A DNA stretch of 63,901 nucleotides, filler included, from Sphacelaria rigidula (lineage: Eukaryota), in the NCBI GenBank assembly GCA_964200075.2. It is 9 parts of 9 records of this genome, joined end to end, with 100 filler letters (N's around TTAATTAATTAA, not from the genome) between each part and the next. Parts side by side here need not be neighbours in the genome. Positions count along the whole stretch, not along the records: positions 42,669 to 49,679 come from CAXNAA020016963.1; positions 49,780 to 56,790 come from CAXNAA020016964.1; positions 56,891 to 63,901 come from CAXNAA020016965.1; 6 more parts are not named here. One strand, given 5' to 3'. A program made the translations under genes and the position numbers. The notes beneath the pieces are model-generated. The model had not been told where the DNA came from, did no database searches, and saw only the letters and a program-made list of their open reading frames with translations. Each line of letters begins with the position of its first letter. The first letter of the stretch is position 1. Shown here piece by piece: positions 49,176-61,117 of the stretch.

Positions 49176-52100
49176 GTCATTTACTCGTAGCCGAAGTTTG
49201 CATTATATACCGCAGGAGTCAGGACGTCTTCCTGTTCTCATCGCCCGTCATTTTTTCCCCCGTGTCTGTCTATATTCGTTTACCCTTGGGAGGATCAACA
49301 CCTTCCTTGAACCTAACCGTGTGTTGAAACCGGGATGCGCGGCGGCATCACACCTGCACACTAAAATCAAGTCATGTTCTCAAGGAGCGCTGACGGTCAG
49401 GACATTGCAGTCCACGCTGATGTACACTGCCTCCACAAACGCAGTTCGCTCGGGTTTTGAGGTCCAGAGTTGTCACCCCCGTACGCCGTTTGAGCCCCTT
49501 CGAGTGCCGAAGATGTTTTGCAGGATTGGGCTCAGGATATGCAGGATCAGAGTTCGAACAGTGGTGACAAACTTTGTACGAGTCAGTATTTTTCTTTTCG
49601 CTCACATGAAGGGAGTAAAACAATCGAGTTTGAGGGGGGGGGGGGGGGGGGGGATGTAGTGTTGTTGTTGCTTGTGGTGNNNNNNNNNNNNNNNNNNNNN
49701 NNNNNNNNNNNNNNNNNNNNNNNTTAATTAATTAANNNNNNNNNNNNNNNNNNNNNNNNNNNNNNNNNNNNNNNNNNNNATTCGGAACAGAAAAGACAAA
49801 ACCCTGAAAAGTTGGCCACGGTCCACACCTACGTGGTAAAAATAAATAAAAACAAACCTGGGGTTTGAGCGTAAACAATCCAATCGTTCTCGCTCTTACC
49901 CCTGAGTTCTGATTTTTTTTCCGAAATTCTCTCATGTAGCGTTTGAACCAATGAAAAACCCTTGGCGATTTCCCTCCGACGTAACAGGACTTTCTTCCCG
50001 ACTATTCAGCTCGCGCCGAGTTTCACCGATTTGACGGCGGGCGTCGACAGGCGAATCGTTTTCGTACTCGGCCTAGTCCGCTACGTCGTCGTGGTCTCCA
50101 ACACCGCCGCCGGCACTGAAGGCAGCAACGCAGGCTCGGCAGAGGATTTACGAACGCGATCCATAAATACGAAACGATGCGAATCCTCGAATCCTCACAA
50201 TAGTACAGTACTACGAGTATTTTACAGTATATAGTACTCCCGTCGTGTAGCTGTTTCGCGATTGTATTGCCTGCACTCAAACAAGAAACTGACTGGCCGT
50301 TCAGGCCGTCGTTCCGCGCGTATGCTAATGCGTCTGCATACCAAGCTCTCAGCGCATTAATTGACAGTCACTTCGATGTTCGCTATCAACGACAAAGGAA
50401 GGCATTTCAAGCACTGACCCTTTCAGGTCCGGTTCAGCATTCGACATCTCGAACAAACCATGACTGTTACGTATGTGAACTCAATTTAATTCGATCAGGT
50501 GATTGAAGTAGAAATTCTCCAGCTCGCAGGCAAGACATATTCCCTCGATTGGTAGCATTTCGACTGGGAATATTTCGCTCCTCACCGTCAGCAAAGCTGA
50601 CACCTTTCAGGTGCCCCTCTACGGTCCATCACCTTAGGGGTTCGGCTGGAATATGATTACACTATCCCCGTCATAGCTTTGTCTTTCCGATTTCCGAAAT
50701 TTCGCTCGCGCTGGGCGAAACACGAACTAACTTCACGCTCACGACTCCTTCAGACACATCGAGGCGGGAAAACAAGTAAAGTTGAAAAGAAAACGGACCG
50801 CGGTCCGTGTCCCGTATACAGGCCAACCGCTGATCGAACGGCATTGGTGTGCCTCGGGACCGTCCCGTCTGCCGCGCCTCTGCCGCCCCCCATCCCCCCA
50901 TCCCTCCATCCCCCCATCCCCCCGGATTGCGCCAAAATACCAACTTCAGGATAAGACCGTGTGAACAAGCCACCTCTTGAAATCGGTGATCACGCATACA
51001 ACTACACGCCAATTTGGAAATGCCCAACAGGACAGAAAGTACAATGAGACCGAAGTTCAGGAAGTAGTAAAATACGCAGTACAGTCAACAAAGTACAGCA
51101 GCTTCGACGTGAAGAGATTACTGAAATTCCAATGTTCCATGATACATCACGTGCCGGGTTCTCATCAGTGGAGTACTATATTCATGCCTATATCTCTTTC
51201 TGTTGCCCTCTACGTGACGGTGGTGGGGCGATGCGTCGCCAGCATGGAAAATGTGGCACTTGCTTCACTGTCTGTGCTGTTGGCGATTGAACCGATGAGT
51301 CCAAATAACAAAAACACACACGTCTCGACGATTTTCACACAAAACTTGTGAACAGCACACCGCCAGAGACAAGAAAGCAAATGAGGGCTACGCTGTGAGC
51401 GACACGACGAACTTCGATCTGCAATCTACAACAGCGCGGGCGTCCATACATCGCGATATGGCCGTCAACAGCCGTCAACTTTTCATGTCGACTGGACAAG
51501 ATCGTGATGCCGGCGCACCTACACAATGATTTGAATAAAAATGAACAAGACAGACCGAAGAGCAGCGAGAGTGAACAAAAAGAGAGATGAGTTCCCATGC
51601 GACTTTCTCGCGAACTGTCTTTTATCATCGATCGAAGAACTCACGTGTGTGGTAGACGTTGATAGTAGAACTCGTGTGTAGACAAAGATTACCCTCAGAG
51701 CTATAGTAGCTGCCAAGCGTTCGGCTCCTTTTCTTTCGCGAAAGGGTCACGTTACCATGCGAAAAATATGACAACCAGACGTCTCCTGAAAAGGAACGGC
51801 GACGGTAACTAAAATCCACGCGATGGTTTGTATGTCATGTTTCAGAGGAACATAGTGTAGCATGACTACGTGCTGGTGTCTGCTGTGTGCAGTGCCTGTG
51901 CCCGCGCGTTTCTCGGTGTTGTGCAAATTACGCTGTGCAGTCAAATATCACACTAGGAGGTTCCGCTAGTATTGTTCCACGTGTGTACATGCAGGTCAAA
52001 GCCAAAGAAAGCTGTTGGACGAAGCGAGAGCTGCACACGATAGCTACTTGTAGCTGAAAAGAAGGACCGTGGTAAGTATCCGCGTCGATTACGATAGTTT

Positions 52101-52209
52101 GTCTGTCGTACTCGTATGATGTAGGGTTATTGCTCCTCGTCATCCCGCGGACGGTTGGCATCGATACAGGCCCTGCTCTCAGCCGAGATGCTCCACTCCT
52201 TAGCTGCAG

Positions 52210-52700
52210 ATTTGGTCTCGGCAGCAACATTGCGAAGCGTAATCCTCCGACAGGCGACGCCATCATGCGAGTTGGACGGGTGCGTCGAGAGCACTGGAAC
52301 AACGGCGATTCTCAATCATCATCAGCGGACCCTGGATTGTCACTGGTAGAATCCAGCTTACTAACCTCATCGCGATCGTCCCTAATCTCATCGCAATCGG
52401 TGTCTTCGTCTTATCGTCATGCCTCTGACCACGATTATGGTCTCGCGCTGCTACCCTGATCGCGCTCAGAGACATGGCGGTATGACGTGTGGACGTCGAT
52501 TGCGATGGAGTTCGGTAAGATTGACTGCGACGAGGCTAGTACGCTGGCCTCTACCGATGACAACCCAGGATCCGCTTAGGATGACTGAGAAACGCGGTTG
52601 CTCCTCCGCTGTCGACACACCCATCGTCCACCTCGCCGATGACGTTATCGCTTGCAGTAGGATTGCGCTTGGCGGTGGTGCTGGCAAAATCAAGCCTCCA
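52210..52700. repeat. Diverged inverted duplication with ~200-bp arms
   Basis: 52215-52405 aligns with the reverse complement of 52490-52690 (for example AAGCG.AATCCT, TTCTCA.TCATC, AGCGGA.CCTGG.TTGTCA..GGTAGA, CATCGCAATCG). Confidence 0.8.
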
Positions 52701-53431
52701 GGTGGGAAGTGGAATGCCTTGGCCACGAGCGAACTCTTATCGAGGCAAACGGCCTGCGGGACAACCTCACCATCATGACAGACCAGCCGCAGCCGATGTC
52801 ATGGGTACAAGAGACTTTGGGTATCATCCTTGCGATTCTAGTCGCGGCAGGCTAGCGGACTACACTGATAACAACTTCACTGCGGATCAGAAGGTATGTC
52901 TGTTGCTTATGCTAGTGGTGTATTTACTCACGTGACGGTGCATGCTAACTGACGGGTACCTGCATTTCGTAAAGCCGTTCTTCAAATTCGTGTGCTACTT
53001 GTTAGTTGCACCGCAACCGTGGAGTCAAAAAGCTGTGGATAGGACTGTGAACTGGACCAGTTTGTACTGGCGATTAAACTTGAACTGGTGTTCAACTGCA
53101 ACTGGTGTTCAACTGCAACTGGTGATGAGGACTCCAGTTCATCGAGTTTATTTGAAGTTTGCCGTTACCGGCTATGTTTACACCAAATTTAGTATGGTGA
53201 GTCTATAACAAATATGCTTACATTGTTACATTATTACGAATAGAACGACCGGAAATGGACCTTCACCTGGCAGCAGTAAAAGTACAAGCAACAGTTCCCG
53301 TGGTACGAGCTGGGCCAGTCTAGAAGCGGATTTGAAGTTTGCAGGCCCAGTCGCAATTTAATATTTGAAGTTGGGCCCTAAAACTTGGAATGGACCATCA
53401 ATAGGGCATAATAAAAGTATTATACATGGGC

Positions 53432-53433
<2 letters not shown>

Positions 53434-53463
<30 letters not shown>
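53434..53463. repeat. (TA)n microsatellite
   Basis: Direct reading. Confidence 0.97.
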
Positions 53464-53470
<7 letters not shown>

Positions 53471-54299
53471 TCATGATTTAACGGCATTTTACTGACACCG
53501 TGGTAATTTTCCCTCTGCTATCCCGAACAGCCGATTGAGCAGAACGAACACACACACACGTTGACACACACAAGCAACACGCATAGGACTTCAGTGGCGA
53601 GCTTGTCCTTCACGCAACCCCTAGCTTCCGTCCGCAGCTGTTTGCCGCTGAGCTGAACACGATCCATAAAAACCCCAACGCCCCCCTTTCAACCATGTTA
53701 GCCTACCGCGATGCCATTGGTCTAAAAATAAAATACTGTATACGAAATCTGTTTTAGCGCCCGGACGTCCTGCTTGGTCTTCCTCGTTTACAGAATCGCC
53801 ATCGTCCACGGGACTGTCAGGTCTCGCGGCAGGCCTCGGGCGCTAAAAAGATAGAAAAAAGATACGGCGGTTCCACAGTTGAGTCGTTGGTCCAACATCT
53901 CTGTATCGGTACGGAAGAGACGCAACAAGGAAGTGCAACACCAACACACCGAGCCCCGAAAAAACACGCACCACCTGTATTCATTTTGGGGAAAACGAAG
54001 ATACAGACAAGTTTCATCAGACGGATAAGATGAGTAATCCGGCGTTTGTTTACACGGTGGGAACGCCGAAAGGGTCGCATATGGCACCCTATAGCTTACC
54101 ACCCACGCTCGCGTTTTTTTGCTCATAGCCTCAACTGCAGTGGTCTCCTGTGCACATAGATTATTTTGGTGGAAATTATGTGTTACCAGGGAGCGTCCCA
54201 AGTGGCCATATCGATAGCTACCGTGAAGCTTAGGCGTTTCGCGCAAAATTGTAAAATCGTAATTTCGGTCAAGATCGGATACTCAAACTGGCACGTGTC

Positions 54300-55600
54300 C
54301 CCGAACTTCAGCCGGCGTGCCCCATAAGAAAATCGACCCCATTCTGCCCCACAGTTGCGCAGGAGGATTTAGTATATTCTAGAGAAGAGATTGATACTAC
54401 GACGCTTTTTCGACCAGCACCATGGGGTGTGCATGCTAACAAGTACGATTGAGTAAGAATTTTGTCGGACATCGGAACACCGGGGTGGTGTCTATCGCAT
54501 ATGACCTGTTTTTGTGCAGAAGCGTGAGGAATCTGCTCTTTCCCAACTTACATTGAAGAAAAGATGGCTCGAAACTTCATCATCGGCGACGACATATCCC
54601 ACTGGACGGCACGGTCAGCAATAAACACTGCCTCTACTGAGCGGTGTGGGACATGTGTGATTGTTTGGGTTCTGGGAGACATGCTGATGCTGCCGTGGCG
54701 CGTGCAACGGCCAGTCACGTAGACCGCATCATGGTTAGTTACCCGTCTTGATCGCCATGATTGAGATAAAGCACCGACCGCTGTGTGTTCGGGCGTATTT
54801 TGTTCACCAGCCCCAAAAACATGAACATGTGTATACTGAGGCGACGAGGTGTGCGTGAGTTGCTCACCAACTTCGTCTCGTGACAATGCAGCAAGATTAT
54901 TTTTTTTGTCGCAGCCGGCTGTATCCTTGCCAATACAGCACTGCAGACCCATACACCACCGTAATCAAGCGCCATATGATATAGGTGGTAGGCCAATGCA
55001 TGAGGTGAAGGGATGAAGCGGCATTCAAAGCTCCGCTGGCATCCTCCGAAAATCAAAGATAGTCCACCCTGCTGCGCTTTTGTACCGTCCTGGCAGGATG
55101 AAACACGAAAGTCTTACCTGGAAACGGCTCTTGGGACACACCGACTGCGGGGCTCACTGTGCTGGCTGCCAGGATACGTACAACCTACTCACAACGCAAG
55201 GGTGCTCATCAGCCGTAACACTGCAAGGGTTAGCCATGGGCCGGTAGAGGAGTCATGAGCGATTTCCAGGGGGCAGATTACTCCGTCTGTTGGGAGCTCT
55301 TTTTACTGTGGTTCAACGATTTTTCTCGTGCACTTACCGCAAAACACTTGACCGCACACGAACAAATTGAAGGAAGACTTGCGTGGCGAGAGAAGAGGGA
55401 CATGCCAACCTCGGTGTGGCGGGAGTCGTGGGAGGTCATGTGCTGCAAAGACGCCGAAACGTTCGACGCAGTGTGCCCAATGTGCGACTCGTACTATATG
55501 CTTGGGGGCGACCGCCTCGGAAGGTCCGTCTGTCCTGGTCTGTAAAGTGGCTTTTGAAGGCTTCCGCTGGAAGACTTATACCTATGAAAACGAAGGAAAC
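54300..55600 (+). pseudogene. Possible piggyBac-like transposase relic
   Basis: YYDAFSTS..RLSKNFVG (like D.FF.S..G..FVG), RKSYLETALGTHR, and a terminal Cys-rich RRGTCQPRC..KRSTQCAQC..TIC..VC segment; broken by stops. Confidence 0.35.
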
Positions 55601-58600
55601 GAGACAACTGGCGCTCAGCATCCCGATTGTTAGACAAGAATTGAACAAGCAATGGTGGAGTTGGTGGTGATGGTAATAGGGGTGGTGACAGTAGTGACTT
55701 CCCACCGGCTACGACTTGCTCAGGCTCGTGCGTGCGTGCCGTGTCGGTCCCGTCCCCTCTGATATCGCGCCCGTGTTTTTTTTGCTGTCATCTCGATCCT
55801 ACATTCATGTTATATTTTGTCGTGCCCTACCTCCCACCCATGTATGTTATTTTCACAGTCGTTTTCTATTGCTTGTTGGCCACTTTGATATATCCGAGTT
55901 ACCGCATTTCGCCTCCCTCGAGGGACTGCACTCATGCCACGCGTAGGAGCGGGAAAAGAGTGCCGCACGTTTGCGGCGTGCTCCCATCCGCACAGGGCAC
56001 GTCGTGGATACGTGTGAAGTCTTTCGCTGCTCCGCCGTGGAGGTACTTTGTACCTCGTCGTACTGTGCTGTATTGCCGTGCGTGCTACTGGGCTCTACCT
56101 ATTTGCGTCGTACCGCAAAGGCACGCAGAACGGTTTCGATGGATTCGGCGGTACCTTTTTCGCTATACATTAATGTAGAAATGATCTGGACAAGATGGGG
56201 CATTTTTGCTTGGTGCATACTGAGCTCGCCGGGCTTTGCCGATCTGTTCCCTTACTTCCAAAACACAGACAGGGTGTTTATGAACTGCATGGATGTGGAC
56301 ATTTGGGTGGCAAGCAGGGAGATCATCAGATGAGTAAGTGCACCGTGTCTGGCCTACACACCTTCAAATGTCACCCGCAGTACTGCAGTAGATACTATGT
56401 ACATATGTTTTTCTCGTGCCGATACTTACGACGCTCACTTGTACTCTCTCTGAAAAGATGTTGTGCGTGCTATCAGCAAAATGTTGCACCACGAGCACCT
56501 ACAACGTGAGGCAATGCAGTACCGTTAATATAGTACTACTGTGTAAGCTAACGAGATGACAATATTTTAGAGAGGCAGTCTGCCATCATTCGGGTACCGT
56601 CTACAACTACAGCAACAGAGTTGCTGGGTAACATGCATGTTCTGACTACTCTGTTCTATCGCGGATTTTTACTCACCATCTCTTTGAGCCATACGTTCTG
56701 TATCGAGTGTACATACTATGACACTGTGTTGTGTTGTGTTGTCGTCCCATTTATTCTGGGCACCAGTCTACACCTTTCGGTGTATGTGGGNNNNNNNNNN
56801 NNNNNNNNNNNNNNNNNNNNNNNNNNNNNNNNNNTTAATTAATTAANNNNNNNNNNNNNNNNNNNNNNNNNNNNNNNNNNNNNNNNNNNNGGGGAGTCCC
56901 TCAACAGCATTTAGACGCTGCAGTACTAGCAGACCTGCTAGCGTCACAGACAGTAGGGAAACAATATATGTTCCATGGGTTAGTCCTCAGGCTGATTGTG
57001 GAGGGGTCTTCAAATTGAAGCCAACGCCAAGTGAACACTCCACTATAGGCGCGCTTCTTTACATTCACTTGGGCAGGACGGTTGACATGAGAGGCGAGCT
57101 TCACACGCTAATTAATTAAGCAGATTCGAGCCCGGTACATCCTCAGTATGCCGAATTGTGTACACCAAACGGTCAGACCTGTCAATTTCCCCCATACTTG
57201 CATCTGGGCAAACTGGCTATGTACGCAGGACCATACCCATGTTATCACATGATAATTGAGTGACTGAGCTGTGTTGAAACGCACTGAAATTTAGTACCGC
57301 TGCTTCTGTATAGCTTTTCAACAAATACCGTAGCGCATCCAGACGGGCAGTCAGGTTTTGGTGACGCTACATCAGCCGTTCACCAACGCCAGCCGTGCTT
57401 GAAGGACCGTACTTCAAAACTGGTACAAATGATGTAGAGAAGGTGGCGGTTAAAACTAGCGATGCGCGGAAGGTCGAAACGTTCCGAGCAGACAACTGTC
57501 ATTAACAGGAAGTTGCGAAGTTTATTTGGACGAAACACGGCACCCCCCGGTCAGGGGGGGCAGGTCATTGATCCGGGAGGTTTACTGTTATGAAAAAAAC
57601 GGATGTAAACCCCTCGCAGTTCTCCCTGCTGGACAGTTCGAGAGCTGGGGGAGATCTGCGTCGATACTAAATAAAAACCAGACCCAACCGTATAGTTTAG
57701 TTATGTTCACAACTTTTGGAAAAAGGGCCCAGCAAACCAATCATCGGTTATGGTCTGCTATATATATGAGGGTTGAGAGGTGAACGTTTCCGTTCTACAA
57801 CGGCCGACAGTCGAACGTGAAGCTCCTGTCGCGCGACCAGTGGGTAGTGCAACTAGCCCTGCTGGCGCACGTCGTACCAGAGAGTAGCAATTAGGACAGT
57901 ATCTACTAGAATGTGCACACCTTTTCGAGTACTCGCTCCATATTATCGGAAGGAAATAACACGGGGGATCAAGAATGATCCACCACCAGTCATCAATAAT
58001 TCAAGGAACGGGACTATTTACCCATGTTCACCCTGGCTGGGGTGAACAACTCAATACTGTCACGATTAGGCAGCTACGGAGAGTGCTGCGAGACAAGATA
58101 CCTGCACGAGGCCACCAGACGGACACTACACCATCTCCCGTTGTCGATCTACTCTGCGCCTATCGACAATCCAATTCCAACGCGGTTTGTCTGTCCGTGC
58201 ATGCTATGACTACCATCAGACAAGGCTGCATTCGTCTGGGCAGGGCTTCTGGTCTTGAGGGTCTACGGGTTCCACACATTATTTTGCCGAAATATATCGA
58301 ACAGAAACCGACCAGGCGATTGACTGGTACTGAACAACGTAAGTAATAATTGTGGACATTATGCACTATGCTAGCATGGAGGCCCGACAACGTGCGAATA
58401 AATTGGAGAATGCGCGTGAGTCCGGAGTATGCGTGCGTTATACAATAGGCTCACCCACGAGCAGGCAGGAAATTACTGCACACAGGGAGATGAAGGAGAA
58501 CGAGGACCCAAGATAACAAGACCGCGTTTAGCCGAACAGGTTCTAGAAGCAATATTCTCCCCCGCGTGCCCTTGCAGGTTAACAGGAGGCCGGAAATTGG

Positions 58601-58969
58601 AGGATTATCCCCGGCTATTCCCCATGAAAGGGAAATCTGAGCCGGATGCTCACATGAACCGGTCATGTGATCAAATTTGCTGCCATGTTCTCCTGTTTCC
58701 CTGTTCCACCCCTGCTCGTCTTCCCTCGATGATGTCCACGCTCATATCACGAGGAAAAAATGATGCTGTCAGTTTACCCCATCGTATCTTCTCATCGTTG
58801 ATGAGTTAAGAACGTTCCCAACCCCATTTCGCCAGGAACATTTAAGCAGGAGTACGGTACTGCGTTAATAATATGAAGTACGCTTAACCGGTGTTATGAT
58901 ACCCATGGCATATACGTGCAGGTTATCGTTCCAAGTACCGTATAGCCAACGCGAAAAACCGGCGAAATA

Positions 58970-61117
58970 ATGAGTGGAAATCCTCTGAACCCGCAAGCTC
59001 AACCGTTTTACCCAGCTGGATCAGCTCAACAGTTTCAACAGCCTCCAGTGCAAGCCGCACCGCAGCAGCAACCTGTCGTCCCTGTTCAACAACAACAGGC
59101 TGTCGCACCCCCTCCGCAACAGTTTGTTGGACCCGTTCAACAACAGCAAGCTGCCGCACCTCCTCAGCAACGGTCTGTTGGACCTGTACAGCAACAGCAG
59201 GCTGCCGTACCCCCTCAGCAACAGGTTGTTGGACCTCTGCCGCAGCAGCCAGCTCTACAACAACAACAACAAGGACACCTTGGCCCGATGCACCCGCATG
59301 TCCCGTTGTCCGTTCCTCCGCCTCCTCAGCCGGCAATGTCAGTCCCTGCGCCCCAGTGGGCCCCTCAAGCGCCGGCCGCCGGGAATTTCGCGTATTCCCA
59401 GCTGCCACCCCCGCCACCATTGCCCCCGCAGCGCCGCTCTAGGTATGTGGTTGCACCGGACCCAATCAGTCTGTATAGCAACCCGTTTTATGTATCCCTA
59501 AATCTTTCGGGTACAACACCAGCCGCCCAGTCGAGATTGGACGGGCTGACGCCGTATGGAACCACATACCCCCGTGTTCCCGCACCACCTGCACAGTCAT
59601 TTAACCGCGACTTGTCAGCGGTACTAGGACACATTGAAGCGGTATCTCGTCAGGCAAACACCTTAGCCAAGAATCTAGGCTCCAAGGACGCTGACGCCGT
59701 GGTGTACAAGGGACGATCGGTAGAACACCCCGCAAAGTTGACGTACCGCAACTCCGCAGTCTTGTTCCTAAATCATTTTCATACCACACTAGCGGGGTAC
59801 GAAGGGGGGGGTTGGGGGGTACCCACTGACGCACATATGACAAGCAAGCCGTTATAACCCCAAGTGGACCAATACACGGATAGACGTAGAGTCCTGATAA
59901 TGCGGGTGATGTTGCCAACTTCCGCGACATACACAGAGATGGCCAGCTGGCGGGAGTCGCAGGTTACGGTACTCGGGGTAGCAGGAAATACCATGCGCGC
60001 CCCATTTGGTGATGTAACCGTCCTAGAGTGGCTCAGGAAACTAGTTATCGAGGAAGCAAGAATGGGCACACGCCATGCGGAAGCTGCACTGGCAAACGTA
60101 AAGCTGATCAAGAACGAGAGTTACGTAGCGGCAGCCCACCGTCTAGTTTTGTTGACCATGGCGGCCACAGTCTCTCCAGCTTCACCACACCTCGCGGAAG
60201 AGGAATACCTAGCCTTGCGGTTGTGTGGGATCTTCCATAAGTTGGTAATCCCCAACACGGCAGCACAGCTAGTATCGCATACTCTGCTACAGATACCCAA
60301 CAAGGCCTTGGAGGACGCAGTCCGTTCGACACCATTTAACCACGGAGATCCGTGCAGCCCCGTTATGAAGAGTCGAGGACGCATTCCGTATCGCATATAT
60401 AGTGACTTCGTATCGGCCATCCAACGTCACTGTGAATGTGCCCAGACGACAGCGGACACGATAAATAGCGCTACCGCAGCTCTAACCCGCCCCACTCACA
60501 AACCTATATATGCGGGGTTAGTGGAGACCAAGAAGCGACTACTGAGGAAAGCGGAGGAGGAAGCCCTTGAAGAATACTTCAACTCCGTCGCCGCCTTCAG
60601 TAACCAGAAGGCGTCAATGCCACGCGGCGGCACGCCTTTCGGGGCATCCCCGTCGACTCGCGAAACGCGGAAGCGTCCGCGAGAAGAGTCAGGAAAGCAG
60701 AACAAGCGTGTCAGGTTCGACACGCGAGGAGGTGCACCGGCGACAGGTTTCATTCCCGCCTAAGAGGCGCCCAAAGGGGAGCGTGACGTCGCCATACGTC
60801 TTCTGGGCGTGTGCTTCAACCATGCGTATGGGCGGGACTGCAGCAGCAACGACACAGGGAGCTGCAAGTTCTCCCATGACGAAGACCGCATCCCCTTCGG
60901 CTATTACAAGCAGCCAGAGCAGTCCCAAGCAAAGCCCAGGACAAGGAGAGATGAACTGATGAGCCTACAACTGGGGGACTTGTTCAGGCTTATCGACAAT
61001 CAGTAAGGGGATCAGGGATTCGACCACACCCTGGACCAGCCAGGAAGTGACGCGGAGGAGGACGTCGAGACGGTGGGTGCGCTGAGCAACCGTTTCGACG
61101 CCACAGGCGAGGAATGA
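58970..61117 (+). pseudogene. gag: Gag-like ORF of a Ty3/Gypsy element; one frame with three internal TAA stops (59855, 60761, 61004), ending at TGA 61115-61117
   Basis: ORFs 58970, 59864 and 60809 share a frame. N-terminal Q/P repeats, a basic NLS-like patch and a C-x8-C-x7-C-x3-H finger; lies directly upstream of the protease. Confidence 0.8.

Noticed and set aside
28040-55215. Hammerhead ribozyme cores (CTGATGA at about 28041 and 39384, and on the minus strand at about 51165, 54016 and 55208)
   Set aside because: None has a correctly placed stem II plus GAAA.
57828-58930. 5' LTR and primer-binding site of the Gypsy element (TGTCGCG start; CA-TGGCATATACG)
   Set aside because: There is no second LTR in the window and the putative PBS does not clearly match a tRNA 3' end, so boundaries cannot be supported.
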